From a virus: a stretch of 64,000 nt of DNA. The position numbers and the translations under genes were made by a program. Positions 27,642-37,101 of the stretch are shown here, piece by piece. The stretch covers positions 1-64,000 of IMG/VR virus record IMGVR_UViG_3300005264_000009; one strand, written 5' to 3'. Position 1 is the stretch's first letter. Every line of letters begins with the position of its first letter. The notes below the pieces were generated by a model that was given only the letters and a program-made list of their open reading frames with translations, did no database searches and was not told the DNA's origin.

Positions 27642-28164
27642 GGTTGAAAAAATTACAGATCATTCATGGATATTACGAGCCAATGCAAAAACTACTGGTA
27701 AAGTATCAAAACAGTCTGTTTTTAATGCATACAGAAGTGAACATAGCCCCATACGTAGTCAAATTTTTTGGATCGATTGCGATAATATTGAAACTTTTGT
27801 TGCTAATCATATAGTGAGACATCACATTGGAGTTGAAAAGTTTGTACAGTCGCAAAGAATTGATAGAGGTGGTGATGAAGATTCAAATCGTTATACACTA
27901 ACTAATATGGGTTTATTTATTAATGCACAATCATTAATAAATATGATGAAAGTTCGTTTATGTAAAAAAGCAAGCCAAGAAACATACAGTGTAGCAATGG
28001 ATATAAGAAATAAAATGTTTGATATAGATTATGAGCTTGGTAAGTTTTTTGTACCAACATGCATCTATAGAAATGGTCTTTGTCCAGAAGGTAAAAGTGG
28101 ATGTGGATTAAATAAAAACATAAAAGATTCTATATATTCTTATTATGCAAATATGTTTGATTAA
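27622..28164 (+). CDS. thyX: FAD-dependent thymidylate synthase (ThyX-like)
   Basis: SEHSP, HIVRHH, QSQR, N..SL.N....RLC..A..E. Confidence 0.78.
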   Translation: MTERKIKVEKITDHSWILRANAKTTGKVSKQSVFNAYRSEHSPIRSQIFWIDCDNIETFVANHIVRHHIGVEKFVQSQRIDRGGDEDSNRYTLTNMGLFINAQSLINMMKVRLCKKASQETYSVAMDIRNKMFDIDYELGKFFVPTCIYRNGLCPEGKSGCGLNKNIKDSIYSYYANMFD

Positions 28165-28192
28165 TAAAATCTTAAAATTTATTAAAAATATA

Positions 28193-28290
28193 TTGACTTC
28201 CTATTAAAAGTGTGTTAGCCTGTTTTTAAATCTTGTGGGGGAAGATTATTAATAATACTGATACTACCCTTGTCTAAATTTACCCCCACA
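28193..28290 (+). promoter_or_regulatory. Promoter plus leader hairpin before primase
   Basis: TTGACT-17-TAGCCT; TGTGGGGG (28234) pairs with CCCCCACA (28283). Confidence 0.55.
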
Positions 28291-28338
28291 TTTTCCTTCA
28301 TTTTAAAAAATAATATTTATATACAATTTGGAAGGTTT

Positions 28339-29241
28339 ATGAAAAATATTTATAAACAATTAGAATTTGTTGATATTAGGAATGTTTTGGATGATCTTAA
28401 TATTGAATACAATGAGGCAGGTAAAAACATTGGTAATGAATGGCTTGGTATTGAGATTTGTCCGTTCTGCCAAAGTACAAATAACCATTTAGGAATTAAT
28501 ATTAATTCCCCTGTTTTTAGTTGTTTTGCATGCGGTGAGAAAGGAAACACATTAAAATATTTAGTTAAAGAACTAAATTCATATCCAAAAGCTATTCAAA
28601 TCTTAGAAAAACATCTTCCTTTAGAATTTAAGAAACAAAATAAAAAAATAAAAAACAATAATATAAATGTAAAACTACCCACGAGTAATAAAAACCCAAG
28701 TATATACCAAAAGAATTATTTAATAAATAGAGACTTCAACCCTGATGAATTAATCGAGAAATACGATTTATACTTTTGTGGTCCTACAGGTAAATGGGCT
28801 AATAGAATAATAGTACCTATATTTAAAAACAGGATGTTAATTACTTTCACAAGTATAGATATTCATAAAGGTTCTAAAATGAGATACAAACATTTATCGG
28901 AAGAGAAAAGTATAATACCTATTAAAAAACATTTATTTGGTCTTGAAAACCAAAGAGATTCTGTTATTGTAGTTGAAGGAATTTTCGATAAATTTAGAAT
29001 AGGTACTAATTGTGTTTGTTCTTTCGGTACACAACAAACACAAGATCAAACAGCAATTTTAAGTGAATTTAAAAGGGTTATAATAGCCTTTGATGGTGAT
29101 AAGGCTGGCAATATAGCTATGAACAGATTAGGGGCTAATTTAGCCACGTTATCAGAGGTAATACAGGTAACTTTACCAACTGGAAAAGATCCTGATATGC
29201 TTTCCAATAAAGAAGTAAAAGAAATAAGAAGTTTATTATGA
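28339..29241 (+). CDS. DNA primase (zinc finger + TOPRIM)
   Basis: CPFC..CFACG, VVEGIFD, FDGDKAG, KDPD. Confidence 0.88.
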   Translation: MKNIYKQLEFVDIRNVLDDLNIEYNEAGKNIGNEWLGIEICPFCQSTNNHLGININSPVFSCFACGEKGNTLKYLVKELNSYPKAIQILEKHLPLEFKKQNKKIKNNNINVKLPTSNKNPSIYQKNYLINRDFNPDELIEKYDLYFCGPTGKWANRIIVPIFKNRMLITFTSIDIHKGSKMRYKHLSEEKSIIPIKKHLFGLENQRDSVIVVEGIFDKFRIGTNCVCSFGTQQTQDQTAILSEFKRVIIAFDGDKAGNIAMNRLGANLATLSEVIQVTLPTGKDPDMLSNKEVKEIRSLL

Positions 29242-29625
29242 ATATTTTGACAATTAAAGATTATATTGATAAATACCCAAACAATAAAAAATATTTACAT
29301 ATGTTTGGTTTAAATCCAAAATTACAAGCAACAATATTTTAGATTGGAAAGTAAAAAATATTATAGATTTAAAAATGATAAAAGTAAATGATGATTGAAA
29401 TAATTATCAAGGTAATTACATACTTTTACAAATGACAGAAAAATATAATAATATTAAACAAATTAATCAGCCTTATTACTTAACTGCATTAGGCTTTGAC
29501 GATTTTTATATGCGAAAAGAGTATGGTTTTACAAGTGATGGTAAAAAAAAAGAAAATGGTTAAAGAATTTCATAACTTAAATAAAACAATTAATATTAAT
29601 ACTTTATTGAAAATGGGGTTTACTA

Positions 29626-30135
29626 TTGAATGAATTATCGTTATTTACAGGGATTGGTGGTGGCTTATTAGCCTCAAAATATTTATTAAAATGGAAAACA
29701 ATAGGGATGGTAGAATATGAAACGTATCCTCAAAAAGTGTTACAGCAAAGACAAAAAGATAAACTGCTTGATAAATGCCCCATCTTTGGGGATATCAGAA
29801 AATTTATCGATCAAGGGTATGCGGAAAGCTATAAGGGAATGGTTGATGTCATCACAGGAGGTTTCCCATGCCAACCATTTAGTGTTGCAGGAAAACAAAG
29901 AGGTGATGCAGACGAAAGAAATATGTGGGATGCCATGTGCAAAGTTATCGAAATCATCCAACCAAGATATGTATTGGCAGAAAATGTCCCAGGACTTATT
30001 TCATGTGGATACATCGGAACAGTCCTTAAAGATATTTCCCAAATCGGGTACAATGCGAGATGGCAAACTTTATCTGCAAAAGCCGTTAATGCCTGTCATA
30101 AAAGGCAAAGATTATGGATCTTTGCATATAAATAA
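29626..30135 (+). CDS. C5 cytosine methyltransferase, alpha chain (motifs I-VIII)
   Basis: LFTGIGG, GGFPCQ, ENV, HKRQRLWI; ends without motifs IX-X. Confidence 0.88.
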   Translation: MNELSLFTGIGGGLLASKYLLKWKTIGMVEYETYPQKVLQQRQKDKLLDKCPIFGDIRKFIDQGYAESYKGMVDVITGGFPCQPFSVAGKQRGDADERNMWDAMCKVIEIIQPRYVLAENVPGLISCGYIGTVLKDISQIGYNARWQTLSAKAVNACHKRQRLWIFAYK

Positions 30136-30586
30136 GAAAAATTTACCAACACCACGAGCATGTGATGGGTTAAGTAGTGGTATAACTGATGCTCTTTTTT
30201 CAGGTATAGGTTGGTATAGAATAAATAAAAAAGGTGAAAGGTTTGGTGTACGTTTAGCAGATGCTGTTTATGCTATTACACACTTAAATAAGAATAAAAA
30301 GTGTGATTCAAAAAATACATTATCATTAAAACCAAAAGGTGAAAAAGATGGGTTAAATCCTGATTGGGTTGAATGGTTAATGCATATGCCTATTGGTTGG
30401 ACAGATATAAAAGAGTTAAAAGAATTAATATGGCTTGATCCCTTAATTGATCCTCACCCTAAATTAAAAAGAACAACACAAAATAAAGTAAATAGAAGTT
30501 CAAGGCTTAAAGGAATAGGAAATGCCCAATATTGTTTAACAGTTTATTATGTTTGGCGTATTTTATTCTTAAAAAAAACATTTTAA
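29717..30586 (+). CDS. C5 methyltransferase beta chain (TRD, motifs IX-X) in overlapping +1 frame; true start uncertain
   Basis: LPTPRA.D, LNPDWVEWLM.MP.GWT, RLKGIGNA. Confidence 0.75.
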   Translation: MKRILKKCYSKDKKINCLINAPSLGISENLSIKGMRKAIREWLMSSQEVSHANHLVLQENKEVMQTKEICGMPCAKLSKSSNQDMYWQKMSQDLFHVDTSEQSLKIFPKSGTMRDGKLYLQKPLMPVIKGKDYGSLHINKKNLPTPRACDGLSSGITDALFSGIGWYRINKKGERFGVRLADAVYAITHLNKNKKCDSKNTLSLKPKGEKDGLNPDWVEWLMHMPIGWTDIKELKELIWLDPLIDPHPKLKRTTQNKVNRSSRLKGIGNAQYCLTVYYVWRILFLKKTF

Positions 30587-30598
30587 AAGAGGATAATA

Positions 30599-31192
30599 AT
30601 GAAAAAAGATTGGACAGGAAATTCAAAAACCACATTTACCACTTTAGGTGCAAGTAGTCATACAAGAGAGAAAAGAGAAGAAAATGATTATTATGCAACA
30701 CATCCAGAAGCTGTAAGAATGTTATTTAAGTTAGAAGATTTTAATAGTGTTCTTGAACCATCATGTGGTGAGGGTCATCTTGCAAAAGAAATTAAAAAAA
30801 TAAAAGGTGATGTTACAGCATCAGATTTAATTGATAGAGGTTACGGTACAAAAAAGAATTTCTTACAATACAATAAATGGGATGGTGATATTATCACAAA
30901 TCCACCATATAAATATGCAAAAGAGTTTATATTGCATGCTTTAAAAATTATTCCTGATGGTAATAAAGTAGCAATGTTTTTAAAATTACAATTTTTAGAG
31001 GGACAAAATAGAAAAGGTTTATTTCTAAACCATCCTTTTAGAACATTATATGTTTCTTCATCACGTATTTTATGTGCAAAAAATGGTGAGTTTACTAAAA
31101 ATGGTAAAAAAATATCATCCGCCGTAGCATATGGTTGGTATGTTTGGCATAAAGGTTTCCACGGTAATCCTATTATAAAATGGTTTAATTAG
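30599..31192 (+). CDS. Adenine-specific DNA methyltransferase
   Basis: DYYAT, LEPSCGEG, ITNPPY. Confidence 0.85.
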   Translation: MKKDWTGNSKTTFTTLGASSHTREKREENDYYATHPEAVRMLFKLEDFNSVLEPSCGEGHLAKEIKKIKGDVTASDLIDRGYGTKKNFLQYNKWDGDIITNPPYKYAKEFILHALKIIPDGNKVAMFLKLQFLEGQNRKGLFLNHPFRTLYVSSSRILCAKNGEFTKNGKKISSAVAYGWYVWHKGFHGNPIIKWFN

Positions 31193-31199
31193 GTACTAC

Positions 31200-31925
31200 A
31201 TGAAATATATGGGAAGTAAAAGACGTATTGCCAAGTATATTTTACCTTATATTTTACAAGGTAGAAGTAAAAATCAGTGGTATATAGAGCCTTTTGTTGG
31301 TGGTGCTAATATCATAGATAAGGTTAAGGGCAAAAGGCTTGGAAGTGATATAAATAACTATCTAATAGAGGCTTTAAAAGCTATTCAAGATGGTTGGCTA
31401 CCACCAATGAAAATTACCGAAGAAGAGTATTATGATATTAAGAAAAATAAAGATAATTATCCTGATTATTTCGTGGGTTATGTTGGATTTACTATGAGTT
31501 TTGGTGCTAAATGGTTTGATGGTTATGCCAAAGGTGATAATAGAGATTATGCAAAACAGGCTTTTAAAAGTACAAAAAAACAAGCAACCAAACTTAAAGA
31601 TATTATATTTAAAACATGTGAATATAACGAATTAGAAACACCTCCTAATAGTATTATTTATTGTGACCCACCTTATAAAGGCACAAAAGAATATAAAAAT
31701 AAAAAATTTAATCATGATAAATTTTGGGAGTGGTGTAGAAAAAAAGTAAAAGAAGGACATAAAGTTTTTATAAGTGAGTACAATGCACCACCAGATTTTA
31801 TTTGTATTTGGGAAAAAAAGGTAAAAATAACAACATCTTTAGATAATTATAAAACAAGTATAGAAAAATTATTCCAACATAAAAGCCAAGTTATAAAGCG
31901 AGAAAAACAAAGTTTATTATTTTAA
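31200..31925 (+). CDS. Dam-like (D12 class) adenine methyltransferase
   Basis: YMGSK, EPFVGG, YCDPPY. Confidence 0.9.
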   Translation: MKYMGSKRRIAKYILPYILQGRSKNQWYIEPFVGGANIIDKVKGKRLGSDINNYLIEALKAIQDGWLPPMKITEEEYYDIKKNKDNYPDYFVGYVGFTMSFGAKWFDGYAKGDNRDYAKQAFKSTKKQATKLKDIIFKTCEYNELETPPNSIIYCDPPYKGTKEYKNKKFNHDKFWEWCRKKVKEGHKVFISEYNAPPDFICIWEKKVKITTSLDNYKTSIEKLFQHKSQVIKREKQSLLF

Positions 31926-31935
31926 AAGGAGGATT

Positions 31936-32313
31936 ATGAAAATTTATTTAGCTGTACCTTACATGAGTGATGACATTAATATTATTGAAGAACGTGTCAG
32001 ATTAGTTAATGAAATGGCTGGTAAGATAATGGAACTTGGGCATACTGTATTTAGTCCAATTTCACACAGTCATCCCATATCAAAGACTATGGAAACAAAG
32101 GATGATGCTTTCTGGATCAAACAAGATTATTCTTTTATAAAATGGTGTGATGTTCTTTGTATTTATCAATTAACAGGATGGGAAGAATCAAAAGGTATTA
32201 AAAAAGAAACAGCTTATGCTATGCTTTTAGATAAAACAGTATGTAATACTGAACATATATTTAAAAATAATATATATAATTGGAGAAATAAATATATTAA
32301 AGGAGTAAAATGA
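31936..32313 (+). CDS. DUF1937 / nucleoside 2-deoxyribosyltransferase-like protein
   Basis: IYLAVPY, VFSPI.HSH, W...D, CD, GWEESKG...E. Confidence 0.75.
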   Translation: MKIYLAVPYMSDDINIIEERVRLVNEMAGKIMELGHTVFSPISHSHPISKTMETKDDAFWIKQDYSFIKWCDVLCIYQLTGWEESKGIKKETAYAMLLDKTVCNTEHIFKNNIYNWRNKYIKGVK

Positions 32314-33074
32314 AATTTATAAATAAAATAATTTGTGGGGATTGTTTAGAGGTGATGGATCAGCTTATTGCAAATAATGTAAAAGTGGATGCTATTATTA
32401 CTGATCCACCGTTCGGAACTATCAGTAATTCTTGGGATGTGGTAATTCCTATAGATAAAATGTGGGAAAGATTAAATAAATTAATAAAAAAGAAAGGGGC
32501 TACGGTTATATTCGGCACTGAACCATTCTGCTCAAAAGTTAGAATAGCAAATTTAGATAATTATAAGTATGATTGGGTTTGGGAAAAATCTGGTGTTGGG
32601 GGTTATCTTTTAGCAAAAACACGTCCCTTAACAAATTATGAAAATATAATGGTATTTTATCAAGCCCCTCTACATGGTAATGGTGGTGACGATAACGGAA
32701 ATTATTATCCACAAGGTACTAAAAAAACAAAAAAATGGGTAAAAACACCAAGAAGAATCACTCCATGCAACAGATCAATATCTAAAAAAGAAGTAATATT
32801 ACAAGATACAACAAATTATCCTAAACGAATTTTACGTTTTAACAAAGAGCCTTTAAGTCTTCACTCTTCCCAAAAACCTTTAAATTTAATGGATTACTTG
32901 GTAAAAACGTACACTAAAGAGGGTGAAACAGTCCTTGACTTCACCTGCGGTTCAGGAAGTACACTTGTATCTTGCAAACGTAATAAAAGGCAATTTATAG
33001 GTATAGAACAAGACAGTAAATTTGTAGATATATCTAAAAAAAGATTAAACAATATAACATTAAATTTATTTTAA
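32310..33074 (+). CDS. Beta-class N4/N6 DNA methyltransferase (intact)
   Basis: GDCLE, ITDPPF, HSSQKP, VLDFTCGSG. Confidence 0.9.
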   Translation: MKFINKIICGDCLEVMDQLIANNVKVDAIITDPPFGTISNSWDVVIPIDKMWERLNKLIKKKGATVIFGTEPFCSKVRIANLDNYKYDWVWEKSGVGGYLLAKTRPLTNYENIMVFYQAPLHGNGGDDNGNYYPQGTKKTKKWVKTPRRITPCNRSISKKEVILQDTTNYPKRILRFNKEPLSLHSSQKPLNLMDYLVKTYTKEGETVLDFTCGSGSTLVSCKRNKRQFIGIEQDSKFVDISKKRLNNITLNLF

Positions 33075-33087
33075 AAGGTGAGTTAAA

Positions 33088-33681
33088 ATGGATAGACAAG
33101 TAATTATACATCAACATATATTACAAACGCATTTACCAGATGCTTGTAAATTATTAATGGGAAAAATAACTGAATTTGTTGACTGTAATATTGTTAATAT
33201 AAATAAAAAAGAAATAACTGATTTTTTTAATTGGAATATTCATAAAGTAAATAAGTGTTTACAAAAGTTAGAAAAAGAAAATATAATTGAAATTATAGAT
33301 AATAAAACAATAAAATTATTTTATTATCATCGATATTTACCAGAATTTCAATTTTTACATTTAGATGATGTAAGCGTATTACGTAAAATATATAATGATT
33401 TAGAAGATGATGACAATATATACACAAATTTGTATTGTGGTAATGTAATAACAAAAAGTTTACTTGCTTTAAATTTAAATGATGCTTGTACTCTTTTAAT
33501 GAGTGAACTTCTATTAAATGAATGGGTAAGGGATAAAAAGAAAAAAACAATAAAAATATCAAAAATATCAATTAAAAAAACTTTATATTGGAGTATTAAA
33601 AAAATTGATAGAATATTAACAAGATTAAGAAAAGAAAAAATACTAAAGTACAAAAAAGGAGCACATATACTATTATTTTAA
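33088..33681 (+). CDS. Tandem winged-HTH-like protein
   Basis: Two copies of L.DAC.LLM..L ... W...K....L..L.KE.I. Confidence 0.65.
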   Translation: MDRQVIIHQHILQTHLPDACKLLMGKITEFVDCNIVNINKKEITDFFNWNIHKVNKCLQKLEKENIIEIIDNKTIKLFYYHRYLPEFQFLHLDDVSVLRKIYNDLEDDDNIYTNLYCGNVITKSLLALNLNDACTLLMSELLLNEWVRDKKKKTIKISKISIKKTLYWSIKKIDRILTRLRKEKILKYKKGAHILLF

Positions 33682-33694
33682 AAGGAGAATAAAA

Positions 33695-34366
33695 ATGGAA
33701 AACCCTAAGATGCTTACATTATATTCACAACTGTTAGAAACAAGTATGCCTGATAGTTGTAAATTATTAATGGGAAAACTTACTGAATCTATATGTGAAA
33801 AGAAACTCCAATTAGGTTTGACTGGAAATAACTATTGTGTAGTAGAAATCAATAGACAGGAATTAGCTGATTTTTTTAAATGGCATATTAAAAAAATACA
33901 CATAGGTTTAAAAAGATTAGAGAAAGAAAATATAGTACAAATTATAGATAATAGAAAAATAAAAGTATTTAATTACCATATATACATGGATATTTTTCAG
34001 TTAAAAAATCAAGATGGTATTGAGGGATTAAAAAAGTTTTTTAATGATTTAAATGATGATACTTCCATGTATTTGTATTTAGGTGAGGATAATATACAAA
34101 TACCGTATAGTGTTGCATCTTCAAAATTAGATGATGCTTGTAAAGTTTTATTGGCTGAACTTTCTGCATACCAATTACTTAAAAACGATGATCCCGAAGA
34201 TACTTATGTTGTTAATATTCACCAGAAACATACAATAGGTTTTTTAAATTGGACTTTTAAAAAGTTGAATAAGAAATTGGTTTTATTAGAAAAAGAGGGA
34301 TTTATAAAACGTGTAGATGATAACTATTACGAAATTTTAGAGCCTGTTGATTTAGAATTAGTATAA
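33695..34366 (+). CDS. Tandem winged-HTH-like protein, paralogue of 33088
   Basis: MPDSCKLLMGKL..., LDDACKVLLAEL... Confidence 0.65.
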   Translation: MENPKMLTLYSQLLETSMPDSCKLLMGKLTESICEKKLQLGLTGNNYCVVEINRQELADFFKWHIKKIHIGLKRLEKENIVQIIDNRKIKVFNYHIYMDIFQLKNQDGIEGLKKFFNDLNDDTSMYLYLGEDNIQIPYSVASSKLDDACKVLLAELSAYQLLKNDDPEDTYVVNIHQKHTIGFLNWTFKKLNKKLVLLEKEGFIKRVDDNYYEILEPVDLELV

Positions 34367-34383
34367 ACTTTTTTAAAAAGTTC

Positions 34384-34412
34384 TTGACAAACAAACTTTG
34401 TTGTGATAGTGT
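34384..34412 (+). promoter_or_regulatory. sigma70-type promoter
   Basis: TTGACA-17-TAGTGT with extended TG. Confidence 0.65.
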
Positions 34413-34428
34413 GCCTTTTAAGACTTCA

Positions 34429-34491
34429 AAGTGGGGAACGGATTAGCTATCTGTTGTGTAAGTTCTTGTCCTCTTGCACTATTCCCCACTT
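34429..34491 (+). ncRNA. Candidate C4-like antisense RNA
   Basis: GTGGGGAA/TTCCCCAC; ACGGAT-TAGCT-ATCTGT; GTGTAAG-TTCTTGTCCT-CTTGCAC; targets GGACA+TAGC (34504) and AGGACAAGAA (34524). Confidence 0.65.
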
Positions 34492-34534
34492 CCTTTTTCT
34501 CATGGACATAGCAGATTAAGATTAGGACAAGAAA

Positions 34535-34696
34535 ATGAAAAGTGTTACATTCTATACAAAAAATCACATTTTAAAAATTAAAATTAAAAATAATCACTTA
34601 GGATACATTTATCTTGAATCTTATGAGAGAGATATAATGTATAATGAAAACATTTGTAAAGATTTACTATTACATTTAAAACAAGGAGGGAACTAA
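34535..34696 (+). CDS. 53-aa ORF whose RBS is complementary to the leader RNA loop
   Basis: AGGACAAGAAAATG; open to TAA at 34696. Confidence 0.5.
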   Translation: MKSVTFYTKNHILKIKIKNNHLGYIYLESYERDIMYNENICKDLLLHLKQGGN

Positions 34697-34698
34697 AA

Positions 34699-34974
34699 GT
34701 GAAGCAAAATTCTTCAATGGGTATTTCAAGGCAAAATTATCATCAAATATTACAGAATGATAAAAAAGATAGTAGTACACTTTTTTTATACTTTTTCTTT
34801 TTAGATTGTGTACAAAAACAAAAAACAAAAACAATTAAAATAACAAGTGCACAATGCAAACGAGAATTAAAGTGGGGAGAAAAGAAATTTAAAAAAGCAA
34901 AAAATGTACTATTAGAATTAAAAATAATAGAGCAAGTAAATAAAAAGCAAGTAAAAGTAAATAATAATAAATAG
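34699..34974 (+). CDS. wHTH-like protein
   Basis: ELKWGEKKFKKAKNVLLELKII; GGAGG RBS, GTG start. Confidence 0.6.
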   Translation: MKQNSSMGISRQNYHQILQNDKKDSSTLFLYFFFLDCVQKQKTKTIKITSAQCKRELKWGEKKFKKAKNVLLELKIIEQVNKKQVKVNNNK

Positions 34975-34985
34975 AGGAAATAAAA

Positions 34986-35309
34986 ATGAAAAACATAAAA
35001 TATGGTGATATATTTAATAACCACAAAGGACTTTCGGGTTTAAATATACCTGATAATATTGCTGAATCAAATTTACATGATTCAAGTAAAATACTTTTAG
35101 GAAGATTGATTGCATTCACAAATAAAAATGGGGAATGTTCTCCCACAAGAAAAACATTAATGAAAACATTATGTTGGAAAAAAACAAAATTAGATAGAAA
35201 TATACAAATATTAAAGGAGAAAAAACTAATAAAAACAAAACAAAAGGATTATGGTTCACCAAGTAATTATTACTTTTTATGGCATCCTTTTTATGAAAAA
35301 AACAATTAG
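34986..35309 (+). CDS. HTH_36-like winged-helix protein
   Basis: LHDSSKILLGRL, C.PTRKTL, L.EK.LI, SNYY. Confidence 0.7.
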   Translation: MKNIKYGDIFNNHKGLSGLNIPDNIAESNLHDSSKILLGRLIAFTNKNGECSPTRKTLMKTLCWKKTKLDRNIQILKEKKLIKTKQKDYGSPSNYYFLWHPFYEKNN

Positions 35310-35361
35310 AAATAACAAGGTTGAAAATATCATGTATTAATAAAAATAGGAGAAAATAAGT

Positions 35362-37059
35362 ATGGAGAATAACAACTATTACTTTACTATGCAACAAATC
35401 CCAACTATTGCATCTTGCAATCCATTATTATCACCATCGGATAAATTGGTTTTTTCCAGTATTTATTTTTTAAAAGAGTCAAAACATGGTTCTTGTTTTG
35501 CATCAAATAAGTATTTAGCTGAATATCATGGATTAAGTGAAATTGCTATTAAAAAATCAGTGCAAAAATTAGAACATTTAGGTTATATAAAAAGAAAAAC
35601 AGAAAAAAAATTAGTAAGAACAATACCTGGAAATTACCCTAATGAATATAGATCATATAGAATTATTAATATTTTAAAACAAAATTTATGGTTACTACTA
35701 TCAGATGTTTGGAATATGGCTTATCCACAAAAAGATGAAGAAGCAAGACACTTTTGGTATATAATAACAAACATAATAAAAGATTACGAAAAAACAATCA
35801 AAAAAGACAAAAAAGTGTTCAAGATCGTTGAGGCTGTAAGTTTATCCATAGGGGGTATAAAAATTTATCTTCAAGAGGATAAAAATTTATCTTCAAGAGG
35901 ATACAAAATTATACCCTTATTAAAAGAATATATTAAAAGTAGTGAAGATCTAACTAAAGTTAGATCACACAACCTATCGGTTGTTGATAAAAAGGATGGT
36001 TATTTAATACAAGAGGATAATTCTTGCAATATAAATGATTTTGGGGAAACAAATAAAAAAATAAACAATTCTTGTAATAAAGAAAATTTTTCGCCAGCAA
36101 ATAAAAAAATAAATAAATCTTCTTTAAATTCTTGTGATCGCAAAATAAATAAAAAAATAAAAACAAAGAGACCTAAATATAAAATAACTACATCTACATA
36201 TTCTTGTTATACTCAATTTATTAATGCTGGTGCAACAAAACATAAAGAAGATTCAAAAGCATTTATAATAACAATGGAAAATATACATTCTTTATTTGAT
36301 AATAAATGTCTTCCTCCATATAGAGATGCTTTTGTTCCCGAAAAATTCATAGATTATAAATGGAGTAAAGATGAAGTTATAGATACATTTGTGTATCAAT
36401 TAAAAAACGCAAAATCAGAAGGTTTTGCATTAATTAAATCTGCTGGGGCATTTATTTTTCAAAAAGGTTTTAATGGCAAAAAAGCTTGGAGTCCTCTTTT
36501 ATTCTGGAATCAAAAGATGAATAAGACAGAAAAAGACGTTTTAACGCCCGAAAGTGTCGTTTTTAGAGACTTACTGAATAAAAACAATATAAACCACACA
36601 GAATTACTCCCAAGCGATTTAAACAGGCTTTCTGGTAGTTTAGAAAAAGCTAAAAAATATTATACATTTTTTAGTGCCTCAATGAAAATACAGCATAAAA
36701 CATTTGCACACCACTTTGTAAACGTTTATTTACCAAAACAATTTAACAATAAGCAATTCAGGCTTGTTTATATTAGAAAAAAAGGTTTTATCCAACAATA
36801 CATGAAAGAATGTGCTTATGCTAAAGTATATACAAAGATAAAAATAAATTATGAAACTTTTAAAGGCAAGAAAATAACAAGAAAGGAGTATCTACAAATA
36901 CCTGTTGAAGAAAGAAGAAAAGAAATAGATAAAGAATTAGAAGGGAAGACAGAATATTATCAAGGTAAGTATATACCAGCTATAGAATACCATAAAATAC
37001 CATTTGATGACAGATTACATGATATAGAATTAACAAAAATGAGACGTAGAAACAGGTAA
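35362..37059 (+). CDS. Putative replication initiator (N-terminal HTH_36, internal iteron-like repeats)
   Basis: LSPSDKLVFS.I, CFASNKYLAE, LE.LGYI.R; lies directly upstream of the helicase. Confidence 0.65.
   Translation: MENNNYYFTMQQIPTIASCNPLLSPSDKLVFSSIYFLKESKHGSCFASNKYLAEYHGLSEIAIKKSVQKLEHLGYIKRKTEKKLVRTIPGNYPNEYRSYRIINILKQNLWLLLSDVWNMAYPQKDEEARHFWYIITNIIKDYEKTIKKDKKVFKIVEAVSLSIGGIKIYLQEDKNLSSRGYKIIPLLKEYIKSSEDLTKVRSHNLSVVDKKDGYLIQEDNSCNINDFGETNKKINNSCNKENFSPANKKINKSSLNSCDRKINKKIKTKRPKYKITTSTYSCYTQFINAGATKHKEDSKAFIITMENIHSLFDNKCLPPYRDAFVPEKFIDYKWSKDEVIDTFVYQLKNAKSEGFALIKSAGAFIFQKGFNGKKAWSPLLFWNQKMNKTEKDVLTPESVVFRDLLNKNNINHTELLPSDLNRLSGSLEKAKKYYTFFSASMKIQHKTFAHHFVNVYLPKQFNNKQFRLVYIRKKGFIQQYMKECAYAKVYTKIKINYETFKGKKITRKEYLQIPVEERRKEIDKELEGKTEYYQGKYIPAIEYHKIPFDDRLHDIELTKMRRRNR
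35857..35916. repeat. 22-bp direct repeats (iteron-like) within the initiator gene
   Basis: ATAAAAATTTATCTTCAAGAGG x2 plus partial ATACAAAATTATACCC. Confidence 0.7.
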
Positions 37060-37101
37060 TACAAGGTGATTTCTTATAATGTTTTATAAAAAGGATTAAA
37101 A

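Noticed and set aside
28234-28290. Third C4-like RNA before primase
   Set aside because: The closing stem is clear, but inner stems are weak and no downstream complement of the loop was found; kept only as a leader hairpin.
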